Shown here: positions 10,363-21,576 of the stretch, piece by piece | How positions within the stretch are numbered: position 1 is the stretch's first letter | Layout of the letters: each line of letters starts with the position of its first letter | Source of the DNA: an uncultured Bacillota bacterium | Lineage (GTDB): Bacteria; Sysuimicrobiota; Sysuimicrobiia; Sysuimicrobiales; Segetimicrobiaceae | Direction: 5' to 3' | Length of the DNA: 64,000 nucleotides | NCBI GenBank assembly: GCA_963804645.1 | Contig: CAWDRG010000017.1 | Span: 794,276 to 858,275, forward strand | The notes under the pieces: generated by a model | Databases searched by the model: none | Seen by the model: only the letters and a program-made list of their open reading frames with translations | What the model was told of the DNA's origin: nothing | Translations under genes and position numbers: made by a program

Positions 10363-11962
10363 ATGCGCACGCCTTCGGCGAATCAGCGCGGCGCGATCGC
10401 GACGCTCGCGGTCGCCGCAATGCTGGCCATCAGCGTCGTCGTCGTTCCGGGCTCCGTCACCGGATGGGCCGCAGAACCGGTGACGTTCATTTGGGGCAAG
10501 ACCGGGGATGCGGAGACGCTGGACCAGCCGCTCAGCGCGGACGCGGAAACCGCCCAGGTCAACGCGCAAATGTTCAACACCCTCGTGCGGATGACACCGG
10601 GGCAGAGGGACATCGAACCCGACCTTGCCACGAGCTGGTCGGTCTCACCCGATGGGCTGATGTGGACGTTCAAGCTGCGGCGGGGTGTCGCGTTCCAAGA
10701 CGGCACGCCGTGGAACGCCGCGGCCGCCGTCTTCAACATCAATCGGTGGGCCGACGCAACAAACCCGTATCACGTGGTCACGGGGCACGACTACTTTTAC
10801 TGGAACTCCTTCATGGCGGGGGCGTTTCGGGAAGCGCGCGCCCCCGACCCGTACACGCTTAGAGATCGTCCTGACCAAACCCGACGCGCCGCTCGTCTAC
10901 AACCTCTCCATTCTCGGGTTTGATTTCACGAGCCCGGCGGCCATCATGAAGTACGGGGCCCAGGGCCTGGGCCAGCACCCCGTCGGTACGGGGGCGTTCA
11001 AGTTCGTCGAATGGGTCCGCGACGACCACGTCACGATGGTGGCAAACCCGTCGTACTTCCGCAAGGGACTGCCCAAGAGCCAACGCCTCATCATGCGTGT
11101 GATCAAGGACAACGCGGCGCGGTTCCTCGCGCTCAAGGCCGGTGAGATCCAGGCGATGGAGCTGCCGAACCCCGACGACGTCAAGACCGCCGCAGCCGAC
11201 CCGACTCTCGCCGTGACGTACCGGCCGCCGTTCAACGTCGGCTGGCTCCGATTCAATATGAACGACCCGCTGTTCAAGGATAAGCGGATGCGAGAGGCCG
11301 TCGCGCTCGCGATCAACCGGAAGGCGATCGTGGACGCGCTCTACGGCGGGTACGGCACCGTCGCGGACCAGCACCTCCCGCCCGGCGTCTGGGGACGCGC
11401 GGACGTCACGGGCTACCCGTACGACCCCGCGATGGCAAAGCAGCTGCTCGCCGAGGCTGGGTACCCGAACGGGTTCTCGTTCGACCTCTGGTACATCCCG
11501 GTGAGCCGCGCGTACTTCCCGAACGGCAAAGACATCGGGACGGCGATCGCGAGCGATCTCGGGAAGGTTGGCATCCGGGCGCACCTCCAAACCGAAGACT
11601 GGGTCGCGTACTTGAAGGACATTCGCAGCAACAAGTTCCAGGTGGACATGGTCGGGTGGAACGGACCCACCGCCGACCCCGACGATTGGCTCGGGTTCCT
11701 CTTCTCCGGGTACGATCCGACCAACGGGTACCTGTCCTACAACAACCCCACGGTGTTCGACCTGATCGCCAAGGCCAGGGTCGCCACGAACCAGGCCGCG
11801 CGCGCGCGCATGTACGCGCAGGCCGAAACCATCATCCTCAATGACTACCGCGACGTCCCCATCGCGCACGCGAAGGTGCCGATCCTGCTCCGCAAGAACG
11901 TCGAGGGCCTTGCGGGCCAGGCGAACGGCGTCGAGTACATGGAAACGGTCTGGCTGCGCTAG
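10363..11962 (+). CDS. Dipeptide/oligopeptide ABC substrate-binding protein (family 5); frameshift near 10860
   Basis: Signal peptide, DLATSWSVS..WTFKLRRGV, then PVGTGAFKFVEW in a second frame. Confidence 0.88.
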
Positions 11963-12000
11963 CCAGGATCGCGCGTCGGCCGCGCCAAAGGAGCGTGACG

Positions 12001-12969
12001 ATGGACACCGTCTCGGTGCTGTTATTCTCTTCGGACGCGCAGGCGTTGCGGCAACGTCTTCCCCCGCTGCCCGACGGCGTGACGATCGTCTCGTGCGCGC
12101 CGCGCCACGCGGCGCCGGAGCACCTCGCCGCCGCCGTGGCGATCGCCGGATACAGCGAAGACATTCCGATGGGTGTCTACCGACACGCGCCGAAACTGCG
12201 GTGGATCCATTTGTTCAATATCGGACTCGACAAGTTTCTCGACACGCATACGGTTCCAGAGCACATCGCGCTCACCAACTCCAGGGGAGTCGGTGCGGGC
12301 GCGATGGCCGACCATGCCCTGATGCTGATGCTGGCGTTTTCCCGCAGCCTCGTCCACTGGGTGCAGCAGCAGCAACGCGGGTTGTGGGAGCGCGCCCAGT
12401 ATGGTCACATGGTCACGCTCGAGGGCCGAACCATCGGGATTCTCGGCTTCGGGGCGATCGGGCGTCAGGTAGCGCGCAGAGCCAGAGGCTTCGGCATGCG
12501 CGTGCTGGCCACGCGTCGTGCCACGATCGCAGGACCGCAGCGCGGGGACCCCGACGCCGACGCACTCCTGCCCATGGGTGCCATGTTGGCCGCATCAGAT
12601 TTCGTGGTGATCGCCGCGCCGCTCACAGCGGAGACCAACGGCCTGGTGAACGCGGACGCGCTGCAACGCATGAAGCCGACCGCATACTTGATCAATCTTG
12701 CTCGCGGGCGCATCGTAGTCGAGACCGCGCTGGTAGCGGCCCTCGCGGGGGGGCACCTCGCAGGAGCCGGCCTGGACGTCTTCGAAACGGAGCCGCTGCC
12801 CGCCCACTCACCGCTATGGACGATGCCCAACGTCGTCATCACCCCGCATGTGTCCGCGGGATCCACGACGGTCATGGATGAAACCGCCGATCTGTGGTCA
12901 AAGAACCTCGAGAAGTTCATCGCGCATGAACCGCTGCTGACGCTGGTCACGCCGTCGCGGGGATACTGA
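12001..12969 (+). CDS. D-2-hydroxyacid dehydrogenase family protein
   Basis: GILGFGAIG, LINLARG, LDVFETEPLP, ITPHVS. Confidence 0.93.
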   Translation: MDTVSVLLFSSDAQALRQRLPPLPDGVTIVSCAPRHAAPEHLAAAVAIAGYSEDIPMGVYRHAPKLRWIHLFNIGLDKFLDTHTVPEHIALTNSRGVGAGAMADHALMLMLAFSRSLVHWVQQQQRGLWERAQYGHMVTLEGRTIGILGFGAIGRQVARRARGFGMRVLATRRATIAGPQRGDPDADALLPMGAMLAASDFVVIAAPLTAETNGLVNADALQRMKPTAYLINLARGRIVVETALVAALAGGHLAGAGLDVFETEPLPAHSPLWTMPNVVITPHVSAGSTTVMDETADLWSKNLEKFIAHEPLLTLVTPSRGY

Positions 12970-13060
12970 CCGGCGCGACGCCGTCGCGGTACCGCACGGA
13001 GAGCCCCGCTGGGCGCCAGGAGCGCGTCGCGTCGCGCGGGCCGCTGGAGGCGCCGGCGCC

Positions 13061-13282
13061 CTACGCCTGGGTGCTCGAGGCGACCGGGTATTCTTCCTGA
13101 CGCAGGGCGTCCTTCATCCGATCCACGGACACGAGGCGCTCATCGTAGGCCACGCGCACCTGCTTCGCGCGGAGATCCACCGTCACGCTGCGCACACCTT
13201 CGAGCGGGCCCAGCGCGCCGCGCACGGTGCGCTCGCAGTGCTCGCACGACATGTCCGGCACGGACAGGATCACGTCTGCCAT
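13061..13282 (-). CDS. copZ: Copper chaperone (HMA domain)
   Basis: MSCEHC motif, 73 aa, downstream of a P1B ATPase. Confidence 0.9.
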   Translation of the reverse strand: MADVILSVPDMSCEHCERTVRGALGPLEGVRSVTVDLRAKQVRVAYDERLVSVDRMKDALRQEEYPVASSTQA

Positions 13283-13358
13283 CGCGCCTTCCTCTCCCGG
13301 TGCGAACGGATTCGTCCGGCATCTCGAGCGGCCGCCCGCGCAGCGGCGGCCGCCCCGC

Positions 13359-15728
13359 CTAGCGCATCGTCATCCCGGTGTGCGACCCGTGGACGGCGAG
13401 CAGAAGTGCGGCCCCGCCGACCGCGAGCGCCGCCACAGCGATCCCGGCGAGATACGCGTACTCCCCGATCCGCACCCGCAGCGGAGGAGCCAGCAGCGCC
13501 TTCGCGTCGCGTGCCGGGCGGAAGCCGCGCAGGCGCAGCGCATTCGTGACGACGCTGACACTGCTCATCGCCATCGCCGCGGCGGCCAGCACCGGGCTCA
13601 GCATCACGTGGGCGACCGGATACAGCACGCCGGCCGCCACGGGAATGAGCAGGACGTTGTAGGCGAACGCCCACGCGAGCCCCTGCCGGATCGTGGTCAC
13701 CGTCCTTCTGGAGAGATCGATCGCGGTCACGATCGTCTTGAGGTCCCCGCCGACCAGCGTGATATCCGACGCGGCCATCGCGACATCGGTGCCGGTGCCG
13801 ATCGCGATGCCGAGATCGGCCTGCGCGAGCGCCGGCGCGTCGTTCACGCCGTCGCCCACCATGGCGACCACCCGGCCTTCGTCCTGCAGCCGCCGAATCA
13901 TCGCGGCTTTTCCGTCCGGCAGCACCTCGGCCAGCACACGCCCCGGCGGGATGTCGAGGCGTCGCGCCACCGCCTCCGCCGCCCCGCGGCTGTCGCCGGT
14001 CAGCATCCAGACGTCGAGCCCGAGCGCCCGAAGCTCCGCGACCGCCTCCGCCGCGCCCGGCTTGAGCGCGTCGGCGACTCCGAGCACTCCCACGCCGCGC
14101 CCATCGACGGCCACGAACAAACCCGTCTCGCCGTCCCGACCGAGCTCGTCCGCCGAGCCCGCGAGGCCGTCGAGCGCGACGGCGTACCGGTCCATCAGAC
14201 CGTGGTTGCCGAGCAGCACGTCGTGCTCCCCGACGCGCGCGCGGACCCCCAGACCCGGCAGCGCCTCGAACCGCGTCGCCGCCGGCCAGGTGAGCGCCCG
14301 CGCCCGCGCGGCCGCGATGACCGCCGCGGCCACCGGATGTTCCGATCCCATCTCCACGGCCGCGGCCGCGGCGAGGACGTCGGCGTCCCGCACGCCCTCA
14401 GTGGGGACGATCCGGACGACGCGGGGGCCGCCTTGCGTGAGCGTCCCGGTCTTGTCCAGCACGATGTTCGTGATGCGCCGGGCCTGCTCGAGCGCCTCGC
14501 CGCCCCGCACCAGGATCCCGTACTCGGCGGCCTTCCCCGCCCCGACCATGATCGCCGTGGGGGTCGCCAGCCCGAGCGCGCAGGGACACGCCACGATCAG
14601 CACCGCGATCGCCGCGGTCAGCGCGTGCGTCACTCGAGGCTCGGGGCCGACCACTATCCATCCCACGAACGTGAGCGCGGCGATCCCGAGCACGGCCGGC
14701 ACGAAGTAGCCGGCGACCGTGTCGGCGAGCCGCTGCAATGGCGCCTTGGAGCCCTGCGCGGCCTCGACGAGCCGCACGATCTGCGCCAGCGTCGTATCGG
14801 CCCCGACGCGCGTCGCACGAAACACGAACGAGCCCGCCGTGTTGAGCGTCGCGCCGATCACCGAATCGCCCGGCGCCTTCGGCGCCGGCGCGCTCTCCCC
14901 AGTCAGCATGCTCTCGTCGACGCGCGAGGTGCCCTCGACCACCATCCCGTCCGTCGCGATCATCTCGCCGGGCCGGACGCGGATGAGATCGCCCGGACGG
15001 ACCGCGTCGATCGGGACATCCCGATCCACGCCTGCGTCGACGACGCGGGCCACGCGAGGCTGGCGCCGCGCCAGCGCGGCGATCGCCGCCCCGGAGCGCC
15101 CGCGCGCGCGCGCCTCCATCCAGCGGCCGAGCAGCACGAGCGCGATGATCAGAATCGCGGACTCATAGTACAACTCGATCGGGAGCCCCCAGGCGCGCGC
15201 CACGCCCGGCCACACCGTCACGAATGCGCTGTACCCGTACGCGACGCTCGTCCCGAGCGCCACCAGCGTGTCCATCGTCGCGGTCCCGTGCCGCGCCGCG
15301 TTCCAGGCCGCGACGTAGAAGCCGCGCCCGGCCCACCCCTGCACGATCGTGGCGGCGATCAACACCACGGGGGCGAGCAGCGGCCCCGCCGACCCGATCG
15401 GCACGTACATCGTCAGCATGACGCCGACGCCGATCACCAGGCTCACCATCCATTTGATCCGGAGATCGTCGAGGCGGAGCCGCTCGGCGCGCGCCCGCGC
15501 GTCCGGCGCCGCGGCCGCGCCCACGTGGTACCCGGCCCGCTCGACCGCGGCGCGCAGCTGCGTCAGGCTGGCCGACGCGGGATCGAATGCCACGCGGGCG
15601 GACTCCGTGGCCAGATTCACGCTCGCCGTCCGGACGCCCGTCACGCCCTCGAGGGTGCGCTCGACCCGCCGAACGCAGGCGGCGCACGTCATCCCCTCGA
15701 TCGGAAGCTCTGCGATGTGCTGTGTCAC
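13359..15728 (-). CDS. copA: Cu(I)-translocating P1B-type ATPase
   Basis: [33 protein letters not shown] and MAMSS motifs. Confidence 0.95.
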   Translation of the reverse strand: MTQHIAELPIEGMTCAACVRRVERTLEGVTGVRTASVNLATESARVAFDPASASLTQLRAAVERAGYHVGAAAAPDARARAERLRLDDLRIKWMVSLVIGVGVMLTMYVPIGSAGPLLAPVVLIAATIVQGWAGRGFYVAAWNAARHGTATMDTLVALGTSVAYGYSAFVTVWPGVARAWGLPIELYYESAILIIALVLLGRWMEARARGRSGAAIAALARRQPRVARVVDAGVDRDVPIDAVRPGDLIRVRPGEMIATDGMVVEGTSRVDESMLTGESAPAPKAPGDSVIGATLNTAGSFVFRATRVGADTTLAQIVRLVEAAQGSKAPLQRLADTVAGYFVPAVLGIAALTFVGWIVVGPEPRVTHALTAAIAVLIVACPCALGLATPTAIMVGAGKAAEYGILVRGGEALEQARRITNIVLDKTGTLTQGGPRVVRIVPTEGVRDADVLAAAAAVEMGSEHPVAAAVIAAARARALTWPAATRFEALPGLGVRARVGEHDVLLGNHGLMDRYAVALDGLAGSADELGRDGETGLFVAVDGRGVGVLGVADALKPGAAEAVAELRALGLDVWMLTGDSRGAAEAVARRLDIPPGRVLAEVLPDGKAAMIRRLQDEGRVVAMVGDGVNDAPALAQADLGIAIGTGTDVAMAASDITLVGGDLKTIVTAIDLSRRTVTTIRQGLAWAFAYNVLLIPVAAGVLYPVAHVMLSPVLAAAAMAMSSVSVVTNALRLRGFRPARDAKALLAPPLRVRIGEYAYLAGIAVAALAVGGAALLLAVHGSHTGMTMR

Positions 15729-15741
15729 GTCCGGCTCCCGT

Positions 15742-16050
15742 CTAGCGGTCGCGCCCGTTCTCGAAGACGTCGAGCAGCTCCGAGATCACCCGTTCCCGTT
15801 CCCGGGCGCTCTCGGAGCGAATGGCGGCGCTGACGCAGTGATTCATGTGACGCGCGAGCAGCAGCGCGTTCGCCTTGTCGATCGCGCTCTGCACGGCCTT
15901 GGTCTGCTTGATGACGTCGACGCAGTAGGCGTCTTGCTCGACCATCCGGATGATCCCTCGGAGGTGTCCCTCGGCGCTGCGCAGGCGCGCCACGATCTTC
16001 TCTTTCGCCCGCGGGTCGTGCGCGATCGTCGTTCTCGGCACGGCTGCCAC
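15742..16050 (-). CDS. csoR: CsoR-family copper-sensing repressor
   Basis: [23 protein letters not shown]; first gene of the cop operon. Confidence 0.92.
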   Translation of the reverse strand: MAAVPRTTIAHDPRAKEKIVARLRSAEGHLRGIIRMVEQDAYCVDVIKQTKAVQSAIDKANALLLARHMNHCVSAAIRSESARERERVISELLDVFENGRDR

Positions 16051-16082
16051 CTTCCTTGCCTTGGCCTGTTTGGCGAATGATC

Positions 16083-16103
16083 CCCCTCCCCCGGGGGGAG
16101 GGG
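16083..16103. promoter_or_regulatory. Putative CsoR operator
   Basis: Perfect C/G-tract palindrome CCCCTCCCCC-G-GGGGGAGGGG about 33 nt upstream of csoR. Confidence 0.7.
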
Positions 16104-16244
16104 TCCTGCTCCATGAGTGTACGCCGGATCGCCGGTGCGGTCAACGATGCGCGGAGCCGCCGGAAGGTCCCCATCTCACCTGGCCAGAATCCGCCGACGG
16201 ATGCGCCGGCGCGGTCACGCGTCGGAGGGCCGCAGGGAGGCACG

Positions 16245-18089
16245 ATGACGCGGAATCACGGCGCGCGGGGATGCGCGCACACATGTCGGCGCCCGGCGCG
16301 CCCCACGATCCTGGCGGGCCTCCTGGTCCTCGCGGCGGCCCTGGTCCTCGCGCCGTTTCCGGCCACGATCGGCTTCGCGGGCCCCGGCGGCGCGGGCGCG
16401 GTCGCCACCGGCCGCGGAGGCGCCGCGGCCAGCGCCGATGAGCACGCGACGCGGGCCGCGCTCGAGATGCTCGCGAAGGGCGGGAACGCCGTCGACGCGG
16501 CGGTCGCGGCCGCCGCGGTCCTCGGCGTGACGAAACCGTTCTGGTGCGGCATCGGCGGCGGCGGCTTCATGGTGATCTATCTCGCCTCCGAGCACCGGGT
16601 GGTCACGGTCGACCACGACGGCACCGCACCCCACGCGGTGACGGCCACCTATTGGCTCGGCCCGAACGGACGCCCGCTCCCCTACGCGGAGGCGATCACC
16701 GGGGGCATCGCTCCCACCGTGCCCGGTGCGGTCCTCGGGTGGGAGGAGGCGCTGCACCGGTATGGACATCTGACGCTGAGCGAGGTCCTGGCGCCCGCGA
16801 TCCGGGTGGCGGAACAGGGGTTTCCGCGCGACGCGGAGTTCGTCGGGCTGACGCGCTCCAATGCGAACCGGCTCCGGGCCTTCGGCGCGAGCCGCCAGCT
16901 GTTCCTCACGCCCGCCGGCGACGTCCCGCCGGTCGGCTCACCGTACCGCAATCCCGACCTGGCGCGCGCCTACCGGCTGATCGCGCTGGAGGGCAGCCGC
17001 GCCGTGTACCGGGGACCGATCGGGTGGGCGATCGTGCACTCGGTGCAGCAGCCCCCGGTCGTGCCCGGATTCACGGGCCCGGTCCATCCAGGCGTGATGA
17101 CGCTCGCGGATCTGAGCGACTACGAGGTGCGGGTACGGGCACCCGTCGTGACGACCTACCGCGGCTACACCGTCTACGGGATGGGCCTGCCGAGCGCGGG
17201 CGGGACCGCGGTGGCGCTGGCGCTCAACATTCTGGCCGGGTTCGACCTCGGCACGCTCCCGCGGGCCCAGGCCGTGCACGACGAGATGGAGACCGCCCGC
17301 CTCATCTTCGCGGATCGGCGGGCGTACCTCGGCGATCCCGACTTCGTGCGGGTGCCGACCGCCGGGCTCCTGTCCGCGGGATACGCGGCGGAGCGCCGCG
17401 CGCGCATCGGTGCGGACGCCGCCCCGGGGACCGTGCTCCCCGGGAATCCGATTCCGTTCCAGCCGGCGGCCGAGCGCACCGGCGGCGCGCGGCCGGCGGA
17501 CACGTCCGCCGAGGGGACCTCCACGACGCACCTGACCGTCGCCGACCGTGAGGGCAACGTGGTGAGCTACACGTACACGCTCGGCGAGGGCTTCGGCAAC
17601 GCCTCCGTCGTGCCGGGGTTCGGGTTCGTGCTGAACACCGGACTCGCCGACTTCTCGACCACGCCCGGCAGCCCGAACGCCCCCGCGGGCGGAAAGCGCC
17701 CGCTCAGCACCATGAGCCCGACCATCGTGGTCAAAGGCGCGCAGCCGGTGCTGGCGCTCGGGTCGCCGGGCGGCAGCACCATCGTCACGACCGTGCTCGA
17801 GCTGCTCGTCGATACCCTCGACTTCGGCATGGACCTGCCGAGCGCCATCGCGGCCCCGCGGTACTACCAGGACAGCTCGCCGGTCGCGCAGGGGGAAGCC
17901 GAGTTCTTGGCCGAGCCGGAGGCGCAGGCACTGACGCAGCTTGGGCACCGGTTCGTCCATGTCGGCGCCTTCGGGATCGGCGCCGCGAGCGGCATCGCGT
18001 TTCATCCGGACGGAACGGTGACGGCGGCGGCGGAGCCCGTACGGCGGAGCGGCGGCAGCGCCATGGTCGAGCGTCCCCTGGGACCGTGA
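16245..18089 (+). CDS. ggt: Gamma-glutamyltransferase
   Basis: GGNAVDAA, GIGGGGF, TTHLTVAD (Thr nucleophile), KRPLSTMSP, GSPGG. Confidence 0.92.
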   Translation: MTRNHGARGCAHTCRRPARPTILAGLLVLAAALVLAPFPATIGFAGPGGAGAVATGRGGAAASADEHATRAALEMLAKGGNAVDAAVAAAAVLGVTKPFWCGIGGGGFMVIYLASEHRVVTVDHDGTAPHAVTATYWLGPNGRPLPYAEAITGGIAPTVPGAVLGWEEALHRYGHLTLSEVLAPAIRVAEQGFPRDAEFVGLTRSNANRLRAFGASRQLFLTPAGDVPPVGSPYRNPDLARAYRLIALEGSRAVYRGPIGWAIVHSVQQPPVVPGFTGPVHPGVMTLADLSDYEVRVRAPVVTTYRGYTVYGMGLPSAGGTAVALALNILAGFDLGTLPRAQAVHDEMETARLIFADRRAYLGDPDFVRVPTAGLLSAGYAAERRARIGADAAPGTVLPGNPIPFQPAAERTGGARPADTSAEGTSTTHLTVADREGNVVSYTYTLGEGFGNASVVPGFGFVLNTGLADFSTTPGSPNAPAGGKRPLSTMSPTIVVKGAQPVLALGSPGGSTIVTTVLELLVDTLDFGMDLPSAIAAPRYYQDSSPVAQGEAEFLAEPEAQALTQLGHRFVHVGAFGIGAASGIAFHPDGTVTAAAEPVRRSGGSAMVERPLGP

Positions 18090-18168
18090 CCGCCCGCGGC
18101 GCAGGGGCGCGCGCGCCCGTGCGGGAATCCTCTGGGGCACGGCATATTCGAGTCACGGGGGCACACGC

Positions 18169-19569
18169 ATGGACGTCAAGGCGGCAGACGCGTACCTGAC
18201 CAAAGCGCGAGACCGGCAGCTCGAGGAGCTGCAGACATTCCTGCGCATTCCGAGCGTGAGCGCTCTTCCCGCCCACAAACCGGACATCACGAAGGCCGCG
18301 AACTGGCTCGCCGACCGCCTGCGCGCCACCGGCGTGCCCGAGGTCCAGCTCCTGCCGACCGCCGGCAACCCCGTCGTGTACGGCCAGTGGCACGTCGGCG
18401 ATGGGCTCCCGACCGTGCTCATTTACGGCCACTACGACGTACAGCCGGTGGATCCGCTCAACGAATGGACATCCCCGCCGTTCGACCCGGCCGTCCGCGA
18501 TGACCGCCTCTTCGCCCGCGGCGCCTCGGACGACAAGGGCGCGCTGTTCGTGGTGCTCGCGGCGCTCGACGCCATTCGCGAACTGGCGGGCAAGCCGCCG
18601 GTGAACCTCAAGTTCATGTTCGAAGGCGAGGAAGAGATCGGCAGCCCGAACCTGCTCCCGTTCATCCGCGAACACCGCGCGCTGCTCGACGCGGACGTCA
18701 CCGTGAGCGCGGACGGCTCGATGCTCGGGGCCGAGTCGCCGTCCGTCTCGGTCGGCAACCGAGGGCTCGCCGGCGTACAGATCGACGTGCGGGGCGCACG
18801 CACCGACCTGCACTCGGGCACCTACGGCGGCACGGTCGCGAATCCGATTCACGTGCTCACCACGCTGCTCGCGGGCATGCACGATGCACACGGCCGGGTC
18901 CTCGTCGACGGGTTCTACGACGGCGTGCGCGAGCCGACGGAGGCCGAGCGGCGCGAGATCGCCGCGGTGCCGTTCGACGAACAGGCCTACCGCGCCAACC
19001 TCGGGATCAGCGCCTTCGTCGGGGAGCCCGCGTACACGCCCGTCGAACGCACGTGGATCCGGCCGACGCTGGAGATCAACGGCATCTGGGGCGGGTTCCA
19101 GGGGGACGGGATCAAGACGGTGCTGCCGGCGGAGGCCCACGCGAAGATCACGTGCCGGCTGGTCCCCGGCCAGCAGCCCGAGCGGATTATCGAGGCGATC
19201 ACGCAGTACGTGCGCGCGCACACGCCCCCCGGCGTCACCGTCACCGTCAAGCCGTTTCAGGGCCGCGCCCGCGCGTACTCGATGCCGTCCACCTACCCCG
19301 GGTTGATCGCGGCCGCGCGCGCGCTCAAGGACGTGTACGGGAAGGAACCGGCGCGCGTCCGGACCGGCGGCACGCTGCCGGTGTCGGAGATGATCCAAAG
19401 CGAGCTCGGCCAGTGGCTCGTGTTCTTCGCGTTTGGCGAAACCGATAACGGCGCCCACGGGCCGAACGAGTTTTTCCGCCTGAAGAGCTTCGATCGCGGG
19501 GTGCGCGCCACCGTGCGGTTCTTCGAGGAGCTCGGCGCGATCCAGCCGAGCGCCCTCAAAGCGCGCTAG
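18169..19569 (+). CDS. M20 family dipeptidase
   Basis: YGHYDVQP, ARGASDDKG, FEGEEE, DLHSG, AHGPNE. Confidence 0.93.
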   Translation: MDVKAADAYLTKARDRQLEELQTFLRIPSVSALPAHKPDITKAANWLADRLRATGVPEVQLLPTAGNPVVYGQWHVGDGLPTVLIYGHYDVQPVDPLNEWTSPPFDPAVRDDRLFARGASDDKGALFVVLAALDAIRELAGKPPVNLKFMFEGEEEIGSPNLLPFIREHRALLDADVTVSADGSMLGAESPSVSVGNRGLAGVQIDVRGARTDLHSGTYGGTVANPIHVLTTLLAGMHDAHGRVLVDGFYDGVREPTEAERREIAAVPFDEQAYRANLGISAFVGEPAYTPVERTWIRPTLEINGIWGGFQGDGIKTVLPAEAHAKITCRLVPGQQPERIIEAITQYVRAHTPPGVTVTVKPFQGRARAYSMPSTYPGLIAAARALKDVYGKEPARVRTGGTLPVSEMIQSELGQWLVFFAFGETDNGAHGPNEFFRLKSFDRGVRATVRFFEELGAIQPSALKAR

Positions 19570-19717
19570 CGCCGGCACCGGAAGCACCGTCACGCGGGCG
19601 GGCCGCCGCACGGCGCCCGCCCGCGAGCCATGCCCGCGGCCGGGGCCCCACCCCGGCCAGTGAATAGGCGTTTGCAGATTGTCTCGCAGGGGCGAGTCGG
19701 CTATCGTGGACGATGCG

Positions 19718-20215
19718 ATGCGACACTCACTCTTGAACCGGCTGGCCCGAGCCCTGCAGCTCTATTCCCTCCGGCAGCAAGTCCTGGCCGGCGGCATCGT
19801 CGACGAGCCCCGCGCCGGGTCCGGCGCGGCGCACTACACGGCGCTCCCCTCACCCCCTCGGGGGGGCGCCGCGGCCGCCCCCCTGCGTAAGAAAACCAGG
19901 GGAAAGTACTTCACGGCGCTGGCGATGACCGGACGGCTCCACCTGGTGGACATTCAGGAGGGCAGTCCGTGGGATCCGATGCGGATCAAGTTCGACAATC
20001 CAATGATGGCTGATGAGCTCCGCGCGAACCTCGGGGCGCGGCGGGCGCGGACGGTCGACGAACTGGACCTGTTCCTCCAGGAATCCGCGGTGCGCACGGG
20101 CATCATCATTCTCTCCGTGAGCGCCGAGCTGCTTGAGGCCGCCCGGCTCCGGTGGGCGTACGGCGGTGTCGCGGCAGCCTCGACCGGCACGCAACGAGCG
20201 CCGCTCGTCGGTTAG
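19718..20215 (+). CDS. Hypothetical protein
   Basis: ORF with genome-like codon usage; no recognised motif. Confidence 0.55.
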   Translation: MRHSLLNRLARALQLYSLRQQVLAGGIVDEPRAGSGAAHYTALPSPPRGGAAAAPLRKKTRGKYFTALAMTGRLHLVDIQEGSPWDPMRIKFDNPMMADELRANLGARRARTVDELDLFLQESAVRTGIIILSVSAELLEAARLRWAYGGVAAASTGTQRAPLVG

Positions 20216-20305
20216 CCGCGCCCCCCACACGGTGCCGCATCTCGTCTGCGTAACCGCGTGCCCGCACGGATGCCACGCGGCCGCCCGACACACGCCGCCA
20301 CACCC

Positions 20306-20527
20306 ATGCCGTCCGACGTCCTGATCAAGACGAGACGACACGAGTCCAGCGAGACGCTCCCCGATCCCGCCCCCAAGTCCGCGACGCCGCTCGTGAGATG
20401 CATGGAGTGCGGTCAGCGATGGCCCTGCGAGCGCGACAGCGAGGCCATCGAGATCGGACGCGCGCATACGGCCGAGACATCGCACACGCGAGTCTTGATC
20501 ATCCGGTCCGTGCACCACGCCGCGTAG
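20306..20527 (+). CDS. Small putative zinc-binding protein (CxxC...HxxxxxH)
   Basis: RCMECGQRW...GRAHTAETSH. Confidence 0.5.
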   Translation: MPSDVLIKTRRHESSETLPDPAPKSATPLVRCMECGQRWPCERDSEAIEIGRAHTAETSHTRVLIIRSVHHAA

Positions 20528-20557
20528 CGTTCCCCCCGGACGGCGCGCCGCTCGCGG

Positions 20558-20857
20558 CTACACCGAATCCTTACTGACCCCGCTCGTCGCCTCCGGAGAC
20601 TGCGCGGGCCCCGCCGGCGCCGTGACGTCCGCCAACGGCGTCCGCCGCGGCGCGAGAAACGCCAGATAGACGATCTCCAGCAGTCCGCCGGTGTTCAGGA
20701 GAAGCATCGCGACAAACCACAGCGACTGCCCGGCGCGCGCGGCGCGCCACAGCGCGATGCCCTTCCACACGAGCGTCCACACGATGAACAGGAGCAGCAG
20801 CCGCGGCGGCAGCGCGAGGATGCGGCGGCCGAACGGCTGAAACAGCCACGGCGGCAT
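20558..20857 (-). CDS. DUF5652-like small membrane protein
   Basis: WKGIALWRAAR..Q..WF..LLNTGGLLEIVYL. Confidence 0.8.
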   Translation of the reverse strand: MPPWLFQPFGRRILALPPRLLLLFIVWTLVWKGIALWRAARAGQSLWFVAMLLLNTGGLLEIVYLAFLAPRRTPLADVTAPAGPAQSPEATSGVSKDSV

Positions 20858-21555
20858 CACCGCCGTCCACGCTCCACCGCCAAGCGCCGCACCCCGTCCC
20901 GTCCGGCCAGATACACGACGTCGGCGATGCCGAGGAATAGTCCGTGGTCGACCACGCCGGAGGTGCCGTCGAGGATCGCCGCCGTGGCGGCCGGATCGCC
21001 GAGGGGACCGCACTGCAGGTCGACCAGGAAGTTGCCGCCGTCGGAGCGCGCCGGCTGTCCGTCGCGCAGCCGCACGGACGCGGTGCTGCCCCGAATCTGG
21101 GCGGGCAGCTCCCGCAGCACCCACGGCAGCGCGAACGGCAGCACCTCGAGCGGAATCGGTCCGTGCAGCGTCGCCACCGCCTTCGTGGTATCCCCGACGA
21201 TGACCACGCGCCGCGCGGCCAGCGCCACCAGCTTCTCGCGGACGTGCGCCCCCCCGCCGCCCTTCACGAGATTCAGGGCGGCGTCCACCTGATCGGTGCC
21301 GTCGAGCGCAACGTCGGGCGTCTCGTCGAGGGTCGTCAGCGGAATCCCGAGGCGTTCCGCGTCGGCCGCGGTGCGGTCGGAGGTCGGCACCCCGCGGAGC
21401 CGCCACCCGCGCTCCCGCGTGAGTCGGCCGAGCGCCTGCAACACGTACGCCGCCGTGGTGCCCGTGCCGAGGCCGAGCACCATGCCGTCGCGCACCTCGT
21501 CCGCGACCGCGGCGAGCGCCGCCTGCTCTTTGTAGCGTGCCTGCGCGTCCGTCAT
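20857..21555 (-). CDS. rpiA: Ribose-5-phosphate isomerase A
   Basis: GLGTGTT, DGTDQ, KGGGGAHVREK. Confidence 0.92.
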   Translation of the reverse strand: MTDAQARYKEQAALAAVADEVRDGMVLGLGTGTTAAYVLQALGRLTRERGWRLRGVPTSDRTAADAERLGIPLTTLDETPDVALDGTDQVDAALNLVKGGGGAHVREKLVALAARRVVIVGDTTKAVATLHGPIPLEVLPFALPWVLRELPAQIRGSTASVRLRDGQPARSDGGNFLVDLQCGPLGDPAATAAILDGTSGVVDHGLFLGIADVVYLAGRDGVRRLAVERGRR

Positions 21556-21576
21556 CGTCCGGCCCCCCGCGGCGGC

